A stretch of 64,000 nt of DNA, taken from NCBI GenBank assembly GCA_963832745.1, contig CAWHVC010000002.1:256001-320000 (forward strand), written 5' to 3'. The DNA is from Candidatus Bathyarchaeota archaeon (lineage in GTDB: Archaea > Thermoproteota > Bathyarchaeia > Bathyarchaeales > Bathycorpusculaceae). Under the pieces are notes generated by a model. The model saw only the letters and a list, made by a program, of their open reading frames with translations, ran no database searches and was not told where the DNA came from. The translations under genes and the position numbers were made by a program. Below are positions 38,832 to 49,826 of the stretch, in pieces (position 1 is the stretch's first letter; every line of letters starts with the position of its first letter).

Positions 38832-40066
38832 ATGTCTGGTACCTTTATGCTAGTTAGCACTACCAATCTTAGCAAAGACACGTTGAAAGGCAAAACTGCC
38901 ATAGTCACGGGCGCAGGTAGAGGCATTGGCTATGAGGCAGCAAAAGCGCTTGCATGGCTTGGCTCAAACGTGGTTATCGCCGAAATCGACTCACAAACAG
39001 GAAAAACCGCAGAAGAAACCCTCAACAAAGAATTTCCCGGAAGAGCCTTTTTTGTTAAGACAGACATTGGCAACGAACAAGACATTCAACAACTTGCAAA
39101 GGACGCAACCGGACGTTTCGGCAAAATTGACATTGTCTTAAACAACGCTACAGTTTTTCCAATGGGCGCTGTCAAAGATATACCAGTTTAGAAGTGGGAT
39201 TTTAGTTACCGCGTTAACCTGAGGGGGCCAGTGCTTCTGGCAAAACAGTTTCTGCCAGCTATGCTTGAACGCAAGTCGGGCGTATTTGTCTGCGTTTCCT
39301 TTTCAGGAGCAGCGCCATTTATGGGTCCATACGAAGTTTTCAAAACGGCACAAGTGGAGCTTGCTAACACTCTTTCTGGTGAACTGGAAAACAGCGGCGT
39401 CTATGCTTTCACTATTGGACCCGGCATCTCATTGACACCAGGGTTTATTGAAGGCGGCGGCAAAGTTGCAGAACTAATGCGCCTGAGCCTAAAAGAGTTG
39501 TTTGAACTAAACAAGAACGCTCAGATTAGCCCCGAAGCGGCAGGCACAGGCTTTGCATTAGCCATTGTTTACGCACAAAAATATGCAGGCCAAGAAACAA
39601 GCTCCATTCAGGTACTGCGTGAAGCAAACATTGCCATCAGCGCAGAAATTGAAAGCCAGCCAGAAAACCAAAGTCAGCTAACACCTACAGCAAGGGAATC
39701 AAGCGAAAACCTAAGCACACAGCAGCTCTACAGGGCAGTCCAAAAAAGCTTCATGGAACAATCCGAAGGCTGGAAAAAACGCAATCTTTTCGAGCGGCAA
39801 GGGTTAGCCGAGACTTCAAAAAGAACACGGGTCGAAGCATAGACGAAATGCAATCAGCCCTTAAAGCACTTGGCGAAAACATCAAAAATCAGCAATCTAC
39901 AGCCGAATTCATTACGCCTCTAAACAGTATAGCCGTTTACTATGCGCATCAGCAAGACCAGTTAAAAGGTTACGAAAAAGATCCAAATAAGCTGGCAGCA
40001 AACCTGAAAATCATTGATGGCTGGATAAAAGAAGTTAAAACCCTAATTCAGGTATTGCAAAGTTAA
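38832..40066 (+). pseudogene. SDR oxidoreductase with C-terminal extension; in-frame TAG at 39189-39191 and a 1-nt deletion near 39800
   Basis: TGAGRGIG, NNA, YEVFK; DIPV*KWDFSYRVNLRG reads through in frame; restoring a T gives ERQWVSRDFKKNTGRSIDEMQ joining ORF 39848. Confidence 0.8.
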
Positions 40067-40156
40067 GCTTTTGCAGGTTATAACCGTTTTTTACGGTTAA
40101 CGAAAAGAATTTGAACTCCCGTACTTCTTCCTTTTTGTTATTTTTAACTGGCTTTT

Positions 40157-41695
40157 GTGTGGAGCATTAAACCCATCATGAACCGTTTTTTCCGTTTTTC
40201 TATAAACAAAAAAGACGCGTTACCAGTTGTACACTCGGTTGATAATCTAGCGTCAGGAAATGTTGAGCCGCCAAAAGACCTCAAATATGCAAACAGTGTC
40301 TTGTTGGTCGTCACAACAGTTGCTTTGCTTATCAATTATGTTGAAACAATGGTTATTCCAGGAATCCCCACAATCCAAAAAGACTTCAATACAACCGACA
40401 CTATCGCATCATGGATAACCTCTGCCTTGCTAATTGTCGGCGCAGTGACTTCACCACTATTTGGCAGAATGGGCGACAACTATGGCAAAAAACGCATGTT
40501 CCTTGTTGCACTTGTCTTTTACACTGTAGGCGTTGGCGCAGCAGGTTTTTCGACTTCAATCTATTTTTTGATAGTAGCTCGAGCAATTCAAGGCGTAGGC
40601 TTTGCGATTGTGCCTTTGGGGCTCGCCATTATAACTGACGTTTTCCCAAAGGAACGAGTTGCTATGGCACAGGGAATAATCAGTGGAACCTTCGCTATAG
40701 GCGCAGCTATAGGATTAATTTTAGGTTCATACGTGGTGCAGGATCTTGGCTGGCCATACGCTTTTCACACGGCACTTATTTTCAGCGTAATCCTGCTTGG
40801 AGTAACAGCGAAAGTGCTCAAAACAGAAACTCCTCAAGTGAGAAGTAAAGTGGATTACGGAGGCGCCTTCATCCTAATGTCTGGTATCGCGTTAAGTCTC
40901 ATTTACGTTACCGAAGGACCACAGTTAGGTTGGGTTTCTTTGGAGTCATTTGCCTTTTTGATTCCCGGCTTAGCACTTGTAATAGGTTTCTTCTTTTATG
41001 AAAGAGTCAAAACTAACCCGTTAATTCCACTTAAACTTCTAGAAATCCGAAACGTTATGGTAGCCAACATAATCGGCATAATCAGCGGAATTGCCCTGTT
41101 TCTGCTGTTTTTTGCCCTAACTTATTATGCTCAGCAGCCGGAACCGTTTGGCTTAGGCTTAACAATAATCGAGACAGGCTTATCCTTGGGACCTGCAACA
41201 ATTGTTATGTTTGTCCTCGGACCTTTAATGGGGCGGGCTGTAGCAAGAATTGGGCCTAAACCCGTTATTTTCATAGCATCCGCACTGGTAATTGCTGGGT
41301 TCCTTCTGTTAATTTTTAACCGTTCCTCCTCCGAGATGCTTACAGTAGACATTGCCGTCTCGCTTGCAGGAATTGTTTCACTCATAATTCCAATCGTTAA
41401 CATGGTTAGCATTTCAGTCCCAAGCAACGCCACAGCCGTAAGCTTAGGCGTAAACACTATGCTTAGAAACGTGGGTGGCGCCATTGGACCTATAGTTGCT
41501 ACAAGCATACTGCTAACCTATACTTCCCAGTTAATCATTACAGTTCAAGGACAACAAGTGCCCGGTCCAATGCTGGCAAACGCGACTGCTTTCAACACAA
41601 TCTTCGCAATCGGTATTGGCTTAATTGTAGCTGTAATAATAATCAACTTTGCAACCAAAAATTACACATTCAAAAAGAAAAAGAGTGTCCGCTAA
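40157..41695 (+). CDS. MFS transporter (14-TM, DHA2-like)
   Basis: GRMGDNYGKKR motif A, ARAIQGVG, many TM helices; exact start uncertain. Confidence 0.9.
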   Translation: MWSIKPIMNRFFRFSINKKDALPVVHSVDNLASGNVEPPKDLKYANSVLLVVTTVALLINYVETMVIPGIPTIQKDFNTTDTIASWITSALLIVGAVTSPLFGRMGDNYGKKRMFLVALVFYTVGVGAAGFSTSIYFLIVARAIQGVGFAIVPLGLAIITDVFPKERVAMAQGIISGTFAIGAAIGLILGSYVVQDLGWPYAFHTALIFSVILLGVTAKVLKTETPQVRSKVDYGGAFILMSGIALSLIYVTEGPQLGWVSLESFAFLIPGLALVIGFFFYERVKTNPLIPLKLLEIRNVMVANIIGIISGIALFLLFFALTYYAQQPEPFGLGLTIIETGLSLGPATIVMFVLGPLMGRAVARIGPKPVIFIASALVIAGFLLLIFNRSSSEMLTVDIAVSLAGIVSLIIPIVNMVSISVPSNATAVSLGVNTMLRNVGGAIGPIVATSILLTYTSQLIITVQGQQVPGPMLANATAFNTIFAIGIGLIVAVIIINFATKNYTFKKKKSVR

Positions 41696-42732
41696 GAAAT
41701 TTTCAATTTGCCGAAAATCTCTCTATACAGCCTTAAAGCTTCATCTTCGCCTACAACACCTTTAATCAGCATACGTCCACCATTAAAAAAGCTAACTTCA
41801 TACCCCTTGTAATTGAACAACAAAGCCAAACGGGACCTTAACCGAACGCTAAACAGGCAATTCACTTTATCATAAACTTCATCAAGACTTAGCCGTAAAG
41901 GCTTTTCCGGGTTAATGTTAGCGGTGTCCTTGCCGCAAAGCCAAACTAGCTGCTCGCCGTCTTTGACTTGTGAAATTGTGCCGTGACAGGTTGGGCAATG
42001 TGGATTTTTAGAGATATCAATTGTTCTAAAGTCCATGTCGTTGAAGTCGCAGACCATCAGTTTACCCTTCAGCGTTGAGCCTATGCCTGTTAAGAGTTTG
42101 ATGGTTTCCATTGCCTGCATGCTGCCGATAATTCCTGGGGTTGAGCCTATTACACCTCGGGTGTTACATGTTTGCATTTGGTCATCAGAAATGTTCGGTA
42201 TTAAACATTCAAGGCAGCCGGTTTCTGGCGGGGCAAAAACTGAAAGGTTGCCTTCAATGCCTATAGCGGCGCCAAAAACGTAAGGCACTTTAGCTTTGAC
42301 GCAGGCACGGTTAACAAAGTAACGGGTACGCATGTTATCTACGCCGTCAACAACGCAGTCCACGCCTGAAATTAGCTGCTCAACGTTGCCGGCATGCACG
42401 TTTTCCGACACTGCATCAACTGTAATCAGTGGGTTAACTTGCTTTAGGCGTTTTGCTGCAGCTTCAGCCTTCGGATAATGCAGGTCCGCGGGTGTATAGA
42501 GGATTTGTCGATGTAAATTGTGAGGCTCTATTGTGTCTTGGTCAATTACGCGTATGTAACCGACGCCGGCGAGTGCAAGATACAGCGAGGAAACAGTGCC
42601 TAATCCCCCCACGCCCACAACTGCAACTCGGGCTTTGCCCAACTTTTGTTGACCAGCTTCACCCAGTTCTTTAAGAGCGACTTGGCGACTGTAAAACTCT
42701 TTAGCAAAATTTACCTTGCCTGCGTTGTCCAT
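41692..42732 (-). CDS. MoeB/ThiF family E1-like adenylyltransferase
   Basis: YSRQ, VGVGGLG, NLHRQ, CLEC, CPTC. Confidence 0.9.
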   Translation of the reverse strand: MDNAGKVNFAKEFYSRQVALKELGEAGQQKLGKARVAVVGVGGLGTVSSLYLALAGVGYIRVIDQDTIEPHNLHRQILYTPADLHYPKAEAAAKRLKQVNPLITVDAVSENVHAGNVEQLISGVDCVVDGVDNMRTRYFVNRACVKAKVPYVFGAAIGIEGNLSVFAPPETGCLECLIPNISDDQMQTCNTRGVIGSTPGIIGSMQAMETIKLLTGIGSTLKGKLMVCDFNDMDFRTIDISKNPHCPTCHGTISQVKDGEQLVWLCGKDTANINPEKPLRLSLDEVYDKVNCLFSVRLRSRLALLFNYKGYEVSFFNGGRMLIKGVVGEDEALRLYREIFGKLKIS

Positions 42733-42758
42733 GCTTTGTGCCTGCCAATGTTGTGTTG

Positions 42759-44453
42759 TTAGTCGGTTTTATATTTGCCTTTTTTGCTGAATTGCCGTTC
42801 ATAAATCTCTCTGACTTGCCCAATTGTGCTGGCTTCATCTGAAGATTTATCATCTCTTATGCGTGTGATTCTGGCAAACCTTAGCGCCATCTGGCTGGCA
42901 TATTTGGGGCTCTGTTGAATTTCATTATAAGCGACTTCCACAACCACCTTAGGAATGACAATAACACGGTGACCTTCCTGACTAACAGCCAAATCCTTAA
43001 GATGCATTGTCAAATCGATGATTTCTGTGTCTGTTAAGCCTTTGAAAGTTTTGCCAATATCCAAAAAACCGCCTGACTCAGGGTCTCGTGCTGCAAGGTA
43101 ATAATCTGAAAGCCACCCTTTACGCCTGCCATACCCATACTCAGCTGCAGTAATAACCAAATCCAACGGTTCCATCACCTCCTTAATTTTAAGCCAACGC
43201 TTCCCCCGACGACCCGGCGTATAAGTACTCTCAAGCTTTTTAGCCATCAAACCTTCATGCCCAGCTTTAAGAGCTTCCTGCAGGAAATCTTGGGCACGAA
43301 CAGGTTGGTCAGTTACAAGTTGCTTGCTTAGGGGCAGGTTACCTGCGACTTGGGCAAGGATTTGTCTACGTTTAAGGTACGTGTTGGTGATTAGGCTTTC
43401 TCCGTTTAGGTACAGAATGTCAAAGAGGACAAGGGTTAAGGGGATTTTTTCTGCGGTGCCTGCTATGTTTTTTATGCGTTTGAAACGGCGCATTAGGTGC
43501 TGAAACGCAATCGGGTATCCGGCGGCGTCAAGAGATATAACTTCTCCTTCCAAAATGGCTGACTCAGCGGAAATGTTCCGTTTAACTGCATCTACTACCT
43601 CGGGCAGGCTGTCTGTTACGTTTGTTAATCGGCGGCTAAAAATACAAACTTTCCCCGTTTTGATGTGAATTTGTACCCTTGCCCCATCGTATTTGTATTC
43701 TAACGCCGATACACCCTCCTGCAACATCAAAGCTTCCTGAACGTTTTCAGCAGTTTGAGCAAGCATCAACTGTACAGGCCGAAAAACCTCAAAACTCACT
43801 GTTTCCAAGCCCTGACCGCCTTTGACTTTTAGAGTTACTGCTACTTCACCAATGTCACCCAATACCATGCTGGCATGCTGCACTTTTTGTAAGGGTACAT
43901 CAAATGCTCTGGCGATGGATTGTTCCATTAACCCTTCATGCATTCCCGTCCGCATTTCACCCGTAAATACCTTAACCAAATACTTAATCTCCAAAGGTGA
44001 AGCCTGACTCAGCAGCGTCGTGATTAGGCGCTCCTTTCTTTCCCTTGCACCCGAACCACTTGCCTGCGCTATGGCTTCAAAAGTGTGTCTAACCTCAACA
44101 ATCGTAAGCGGTTTCTCCAAAAGTTGAGTCTGCTTTTTAGTTTTCGAGCTTTCAAGTACGATTTTTGTGGCTGACCCAATGTCCCCTGTTGCCGCCATGG
44201 CTGATTGAAAAAGGCTCCAGTCAAAAGTTGCGATACGCTGCAAAATGCGGACAATGGTGGACCAACTTACGTCGAGAGTTATTTGGCTATGTTTTGTGAA
44301 GGCTCGGGCAACCATCAAGTTTACGGCGGGTTCAAGTTCGTTGGCGCCTAAGGTTTTTAGGAAATCTGCTGTTTGCTCTATGATTTCGAGGCGTTTTTTT
44401 GTGGCCTCAACTTTTTCTAGTAATTCGGATAGTGATTTGAATGAGGCAGACAT
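42759..44453 (-). CDS. lig: ATP-dependent DNA ligase
   Basis: EYKYDGARVQIH, EGE, FDILY, EGLMAK, WLKIK, ALRFARI..IR.DK. Confidence 0.95.
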   Translation of the reverse strand: MSASFKSLSELLEKVEATKKRLEIIEQTADFLKTLGANELEPAVNLMVARAFTKHSQITLDVSWSTIVRILQRIATFDWSLFQSAMAATGDIGSATKIVLESSKTKKQTQLLEKPLTIVEVRHTFEAIAQASGSGARERKERLITTLLSQASPLEIKYLVKVFTGEMRTGMHEGLMEQSIARAFDVPLQKVQHASMVLGDIGEVAVTLKVKGGQGLETVSFEVFRPVQLMLAQTAENVQEALMLQEGVSALEYKYDGARVQIHIKTGKVCIFSRRLTNVTDSLPEVVDAVKRNISAESAILEGEVISLDAAGYPIAFQHLMRRFKRIKNIAGTAEKIPLTLVLFDILYLNGESLITNTYLKRRQILAQVAGNLPLSKQLVTDQPVRAQDFLQEALKAGHEGLMAKKLESTYTPGRRGKRWLKIKEVMEPLDLVITAAEYGYGRRKGWLSDYYLAARDPESGGFLDIGKTFKGLTDTEIIDLTMHLKDLAVSQEGHRVIVIPKVVVEVAYNEIQQSPKYASQMALRFARITRIRDDKSSDEASTIGQVREIYERQFSKKGKYKTD

Positions 44454-44608
44454 TTTTCTCTTAAAACTTCTACTTTAACTATGGTATTTTAGAGATTAAT
44501 TGGTTGCCGTTACTTTCACTTTAACTGACCCCTCCCCTGTTCTGGTTTGTTGCTTCTTCGATGCTTTAAATAGGCAAAAATGCCGTAACAGGTTTTTGTG
44601 AAGTAACG

Positions 44609-45349
44609 ATGCAAACAGTAATACTCAGACCAACAATGGCGCAAAAACAAACATCAATTTCTAGGTTAACATTTAACGTGCCCGACTTAGACATGCTTTT
44701 TCCCGCGTTCCAGGCAGGTGACTTTGCCATCCTTTATGGTTCCCCATTAGTTACTTCCTTAATGTCACAACTCTGTGTTCGCGCACATATGCCAACAGGA
44801 CAAGGCGGCTTAAACAGCAATATGGTCCTTATTGATGCCGCAAATAGTTCCTCATTATCTAGTATCCTACAGGTTGCTGAACTTCAGCAAGTTGACCCTC
44901 AAAAAGTAATGAGTCAAACCAAAACTTTCAGAGCTTACACCGCTTACCGGCTTCATTCCTTGATAATGGAAAAACTTGAGGAAACGATAGAATCATCCCA
45001 GGCAAAGCTTGTAGTCATCTCTGACATAATGTGCCCATTCTTAAACGAGAATGTGGACGACCAAGAAGCAAGAGCCGCTTATACACAAATTGTGAATTAC
45101 CTCTCGAACTTTGCAAAACAACATGGCATAATTATAGTTGCAACCTGCCTGCCACATGAAAGCAGCAGACGAAACAGTACCTTGCAAGAAATCACCACTG
45201 CAAAAGCAGGCACGATTATTCGCTTTACGAGAACACCCTACACAAGTGAGGTGGAGTTAGAAAAGCATTCATCTTACATGTTAGGCGTCGTTGATTTTGC
45301 TCCTGAAAACAAGACCTTGACCGACTTTTTAAGATTCATGGTCGCATAG
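44609..45349 (+). CDS. Inactivated RadA/RecA-like paralog with C-terminal PIP-like motif
   Basis: LDMLF...GD..ILYG with no GKT; GGL..NMVLIDAANS, RAYTAYRL, LVVISDI; ends NKTLTDFL. Confidence 0.75.
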   Translation: MQTVILRPTMAQKQTSISRLTFNVPDLDMLFPAFQAGDFAILYGSPLVTSLMSQLCVRAHMPTGQGGLNSNMVLIDAANSSSLSSILQVAELQQVDPQKVMSQTKTFRAYTAYRLHSLIMEKLEETIESSQAKLVVISDIMCPFLNENVDDQEARAAYTQIVNYLSNFAKQHGIIIVATCLPHESSRRNSTLQEITTAKAGTIIRFTRTPYTSEVELEKHSSYMLGVVDFAPENKTLTDFLRFMVA

Positions 45350-45370
45350 CAGGATTTTGAAAACACTTAG

Positions 45371-45419
45371 AGGGGGTAGGTGCTAATGGTTGAAAAACAC
45401 GCCATTAGTATGTTGAAAA
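45371..45419 (+). repeat. Dispersed intergenic repeat, copy C (right half)
   Basis: AGGGGGTAGGTGCTAATGGTTGAAAAACACGCCATTAGTATGTTGAAAA; contains a CTAATGG/CCATTAG inverted repeat. Confidence 0.8.
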
Positions 45420-45432
45420 CCAGTTGTTATTG

Positions 45433-46272
45433 TTAGGCGAAGAGTAACAGATAGCAATAGATTGTTATTAGTGCGCTTGGAATGAATGTTGCTGCCCAAA
45501 CTTTTTTGTCGACACTAAAGATTTTGGCGCCGTCAAGTATGCCGAAAGGTACCAAGTTAAAAACTGCCATGAACGCGTTTATGTATGCAGCGTAAACCAA
45601 AATTATTGTGTAAAGTATTAACTCACCTGGTAAAATGAATCCTATGACTAAAAAGGTTGCTGAGAAAACGATGTTTGTAATTGGTCCAGCAACCGAAATT
45701 TTTAATATTCCTTTTCTATCTGCGGTGCCGCCAATCATCATTGCTCCTGGGGCAATCATTTTGAATCCTGGCAAGAATACTGAGACAAATGTCAAAAGTG
45801 CTCCCCAGGTTGTTAAGCGGAATTCTGCCCATAAGCCATGTTTTTGGGCAATGATTTTATGTGCGAATTCATGCACCAAAAATGATGCTGTCATGCTGAC
45901 GGCAAAAATTGCCATCATGTCAAGTGTCCAGTTAAATCCGAAACCGCCAAAATAGTTGTTGTAAAAGCCTATCGAAAAGCCGATGCCGATTACAAGCAGA
46001 GCTGCAACGCCGATGTGTTTTAACTCTTTAGGGCTAAAATGGCCGCTTCGGTGAGTTCTGATTGGCTGTGGGTTAAAATTAAAACTGTAATTGTAGCCGC
46101 CGCCAGTTTGCGTCATTACTGTTTCTACAGTGTTTTGTCTTTGAGCGCGTGCTTTGCCGATTTGTGGGCATGAATGGTTTTCTGGTAGACGGTGTTGACT
46201 GCAGAATTGTCCTCCACAGTAAGGGCACGTGTAAGGCATGGTAACTTCGGTTCCGCAAATTTGGCATTTCAT
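45433..46272 (-). CDS. AN1-type zinc finger fused to M50 (site-2) membrane metalloprotease
   Basis: CQIC...CPYCGGQFCSQHRLPENHSC; HEFAH, AGP.TN, FNLVP...LDG. Confidence 0.88.
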   Translation of the reverse strand: MKCQICGTEVTMPYTCPYCGGQFCSQHRLPENHSCPQIGKARAQRQNTVETVMTQTGGGYNYSFNFNPQPIRTHRSGHFSPKELKHIGVAALLVIGIGFSIGFYNNYFGGFGFNWTLDMMAIFAVSMTASFLVHEFAHKIIAQKHGLWAEFRLTTWGALLTFVSVFLPGFKMIAPGAMMIGGTADRKGILKISVAGPITNIVFSATFLVIGFILPGELILYTIILVYAAYINAFMAVFNLVPFGILDGAKIFSVDKKVWAATFIPSALITIYCYLLLFA

Positions 46273-46437
46273 AACTTTAGCCTTTTTTAGAAAGTGAATC
46301 TGTGTTTAATGGTTTATATTTTTCCCCAAAATCACACGTTTATGCCCGATATTTCATCCGTAAGACTTTCCAGAGGGTTGGATAAGGCTTAAAACCTACA
46401 AGCCAACTTTACCTAAATCTGTAGAGGCAAGAAGGGT

Positions 46438-47646
46438 TTGAAAGCTTTCAGTTTTGTTCACGCATCGGATTTACATTTGGGTTACGCTCAGTATGGGCTT
46501 GAAGCAAGACGCCAAGACTTTGACAACGCATTCTCGGAACTAGTAGACCGAACTATTGAGCTTAAACCTGACTTCATGATTATCGCAGGCGACTTGTTCC
46601 ATCAACCCCGCCCCTCCAACGTCACCTTGGAAAACACAATCCGCAGCTTTAAACGGCTAAAAGACGCTGGAATTCCAGTGCTCACGGTTGATGGTTCCCA
46701 TGATTCAGCCCCAAACACCATCACAGGTACCATCCTTTACCCACTTGACAGCGCCGGGTTAATATACCATCTTCCACGACACGAAGGCGCAAGCTGGAGC
46801 CAAACCGGTTGCTGTTACGTTTACGGCATCCCCAACTTTCACAGCCGCCACAAAACCCAAGACGCACTGCCCAAGTTCATGGCTGAAAAACCTCCCGCTC
46901 CAGAAGAGGGACTTGCCAATATTTTCGTTTTGCATGGCGCCGTGGATTTGCAGGGAGTAAAGCCTCCTTATATGGAGGCTGAATTGTCTCCTGAAATGTT
47001 GCCTTCTGGATTCTGTTACTATGCAGCTGGGCACATCCATGAACGCTTCAGCACCAAATTCAAAGACGGCTACTTGGTTTACAGTGGTTGTATAGAAACA
47101 GCAGGTTATGACGAAGCCAAGTACCCTAAGGGCTTTAATTACGTGCAGGTTAACGAAAACGGAGAAATCCAAATCGAACAAATGGAACTCTCAACGCCTC
47201 GGCAATTCATAATTTTAGACGAAACAGACTTTTCGGGAATGGCTTCAGCTAAAATCACTGAAATAGCAACTCAAATGGTCAAAGATGCTGATATGGAAGG
47301 CGCCGTTCTCATTCCCGTTCTGAAAGGCACTCTGCCAGCTGAAGCCAGTAGAACCGAGATTGATATCGCCAAAATCCGTTCTGCAGGCGAAAAAGCCCTG
47401 CTTGTGCATCCGGTAGTGCTTCTCAAGGAGACGGCGGTTTCAGATGAGGTTGTTAGAAGCATTTTTGAAGGCAACTTTAAAGACCTAAAAACTAAAGCGT
47501 TTGAATATTTCGTGCAGATTTTCAGTGAACGCTACTCTAAAGAAGAAGCCGAAAAAGTTGCCCATTCAGCTTTGGCCTTAATTGAACCGCTTACACGAAA
47601 ACAGGATGAGAAGGTTAAACAGGCAATTGAGGCGTTGCAGAAATGA
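46438..47646 (+). CDS. mre11: DNA double-strand break repair nuclease
   Basis: SDLHLG, AGDLFH, GSHD, GHIH, YSG; directly upstream of rad50. Confidence 0.92.
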   Translation: MKAFSFVHASDLHLGYAQYGLEARRQDFDNAFSELVDRTIELKPDFMIIAGDLFHQPRPSNVTLENTIRSFKRLKDAGIPVLTVDGSHDSAPNTITGTILYPLDSAGLIYHLPRHEGASWSQTGCCYVYGIPNFHSRHKTQDALPKFMAEKPPAPEEGLANIFVLHGAVDLQGVKPPYMEAELSPEMLPSGFCYYAAGHIHERFSTKFKDGYLVYSGCIETAGYDEAKYPKGFNYVQVNENGEIQIEQMELSTPRQFIILDETDFSGMASAKITEIATQMVKDADMEGAVLIPVLKGTLPAEASRTEIDIAKIRSAGEKALLVHPVVLLKETAVSDEVVRSIFEGNFKDLKTKAFEYFVQIFSERYSKEEAEKVAHSALALIEPLTRKQDEKVKQAIEALQK

Positions 47647-49730
47647 AAATTGAAGTTGTACAGCTGGAAAACATCCGCTCTCACGTTAAATCTACAGTGC
47701 CGTTTACGCGCGGTTTTAACTGTGTTGTGGGCGGAGTGGGCTGTGGAAAATCTAGCGTTATGTACGCGGTAGACTTTGCCTTGTTTGGTGACTCGATTGC
47801 ACGCAGTTTCGAGTACCTTCTTAGGGAAGGTGCAGACTATGGCAAAGTGTCTGTGCAGTTTTCTCAAAATGGTAACACTTACAAGATAACCCGCGGGTTA
47901 AGGCGAAAGGGCAAGGGAATAAGCCAAGATTTTGATCTACTCCGGCTTTATGAAGAAGACACTCTTATTGCAAGCATAAAAAACGATGCCATCGCCGAGC
48001 AGATAAAAGCCATAACTGGCTTGGATCGAGACCTGTACCGAGAAATTGTTTGGTTCCGCCAAGAGCACCTAAAGGAACTGTTGGATGCGGCCCCCCGTGA
48101 CAGGCAGAGACGCCTTGACGAACTATTCGGTTTATCGGATTATGAAGTTGCATGGAGCAATATTGCCCAGTACCAACGTGACTATGAAACAGAAAAAAGG
48201 GTTTACGAGAAGGACCCTGACGTTAACAGCCTTGAAAAACTTAGCAACGACTACAACCGCGCAAGCGAAGAATTCACGCTTCTGGAAATGGACCTTGAAA
48301 ATTCAATACAGAAACTGGCAATCACCAAACTTACCCTTGAAGAGGCTGAACAGAAACTTAAAGCGCTTGAAGAGAAAAAGCTACAGGTTGAAGAGTTTAA
48401 ACGTAAAGAAGCCCGCATGCACGCAAGCCTTCAAGGCATAACTAACGCTCTTACTTCATTAACTCAGAGGATTGAGGACAAAAAAATTCTTGTTGACAAC
48501 CTATGTCAACGTCAAACTTCAATGGATTCCCAAAAGAAGCTATGCTTAACTAAACTAGAGCAGGCTGGGTTGCCAACAAATCAACCATTCGAACAGTTAG
48601 CGCCATATTTGGCCTCTTTTGACGACAAAATCAGCAGCCTTCGTGGTGAACAGGAAGCAGCATCCAAAGGTATCCAAACCGACCAAAAAAGAACCAGTCA
48701 ACTTGCTCAAGAAAACAAATGCCCTCTATGTATTCAACCCTTAACAGGTCAATATAAAACAGACCTAATGCAACGTATAGAACAGGAAAATACTGAACGC
48801 CAAAGAATCATCAACCATCTGCGCCTTGAAATCGCCGATTTACAGAAAGCCAAAACCATCGCTTCAGACGCTTATTCTGGATTGCAAACATGTCTAACCC
48901 GAGAAAATGACTTGAAATCCCGAATCTTTGAAGAAAATGGCAACCTAAACAATTTGACTTGTGAACTGGAAAATCAGCAAAAGCTTGAGTTGGAACAGAA
49001 GACTCAGTATTTGGCAGTGCAGGCTGAAATCAGTAAATTTGACTTATCAGACTTGGATTTAGCTCGCAACCGTCGAGAGCAAGCGTTTAGGCAATACTAC
49101 GCTTTAGACTCAGACTTGCGTACTAAAGAGAACCGCAAAAAAGACGTTCTTCGACGTATTGACGAAGCCAAAACTCGCATCGATGTTGCCCAAGAGAAGG
49201 CTGAGAAGGTCGAGAAACTCAAACGCACAATCGAAACTCTTGGAGCCATACGAGACGCCTACCGAAGCATCCAACCTAAACTTCGAAGCGAATTCGTCAA
49301 AATCTTGCGCAATTTCATTCAGCAAGTACTTGACAGTTTAGTCGGAGGAGAAACCCCCATGCTAAACGTAGCCATCGATGAAACCTACACGCCCTACGTA
49401 AAAAGCGAATCTGGCGTTGACCGCGAAGTATCTAACCTTTCAGGCGGAGAACGTACACTCTTAGCCTTTGCTTACAGGCTGGGCTTGGGTCAATTGATTA
49501 TGCAGTCAAGGACTGGTCACGGTTTGGGCGTGTTGATGCTCGATGAACCCACCGAAAACCTTGGTAGCGAAGACGGTAGTATCGAACGTTTAGCTGAAGC
49601 AATCAGCAGATTCAAAGCCATAGAACAAATCATCGCCGTTACCCATAGCGAGGCTTTTGCGGACAAGGCAGAGCACGTAATAACTTTGGAGAAGGAAGCA
49701 GGTATAAGTAAAATTTCGATTGAACGATAA
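47643..49730 (+). CDS. rad50: DNA double-strand break repair ATPase
   Basis: GGVGCGKSS, coiled coils with CPLC zinc hook, LSGGE, LDEPT. Confidence 0.92.
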   Translation: MKIEVVQLENIRSHVKSTVPFTRGFNCVVGGVGCGKSSVMYAVDFALFGDSIARSFEYLLREGADYGKVSVQFSQNGNTYKITRGLRRKGKGISQDFDLLRLYEEDTLIASIKNDAIAEQIKAITGLDRDLYREIVWFRQEHLKELLDAAPRDRQRRLDELFGLSDYEVAWSNIAQYQRDYETEKRVYEKDPDVNSLEKLSNDYNRASEEFTLLEMDLENSIQKLAITKLTLEEAEQKLKALEEKKLQVEEFKRKEARMHASLQGITNALTSLTQRIEDKKILVDNLCQRQTSMDSQKKLCLTKLEQAGLPTNQPFEQLAPYLASFDDKISSLRGEQEAASKGIQTDQKRTSQLAQENKCPLCIQPLTGQYKTDLMQRIEQENTERQRIINHLRLEIADLQKAKTIASDAYSGLQTCLTRENDLKSRIFEENGNLNNLTCELENQQKLELEQKTQYLAVQAEISKFDLSDLDLARNRREQAFRQYYALDSDLRTKENRKKDVLRRIDEAKTRIDVAQEKAEKVEKLKRTIETLGAIRDAYRSIQPKLRSEFVKILRNFIQQVLDSLVGGETPMLNVAIDETYTPYVKSESGVDREVSNLSGGERTLLAFAYRLGLGQLIMQSRTGHGLGVLMLDEPTENLGSEDGSIERLAEAISRFKAIEQIIAVTHSEAFADKAEHVITLEKEAGISKISIER

Positions 49731-49826
49731 CCTGAGCGAAGCTGTTTTTTGTTTTAATTTCAGGTGTTCTTCACTTTTTTGTTGTATGGGTTTTTATTGG
49801 TGCAGGGAAATATTGTATGATATTTA

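Noticed and set aside
5169-39191. Genome-wide amber recoding (pyrrolysine) suggested by in-frame TAGs at 5169, 10280 and 39189
   Set aside because: TAG is the apparent normal stop of several intact genes (ending 1291, 1612, 18926, 25125, 45349, 60876), and the affected regions also carry frameshifts and a TGA; no pyl genes are in the window
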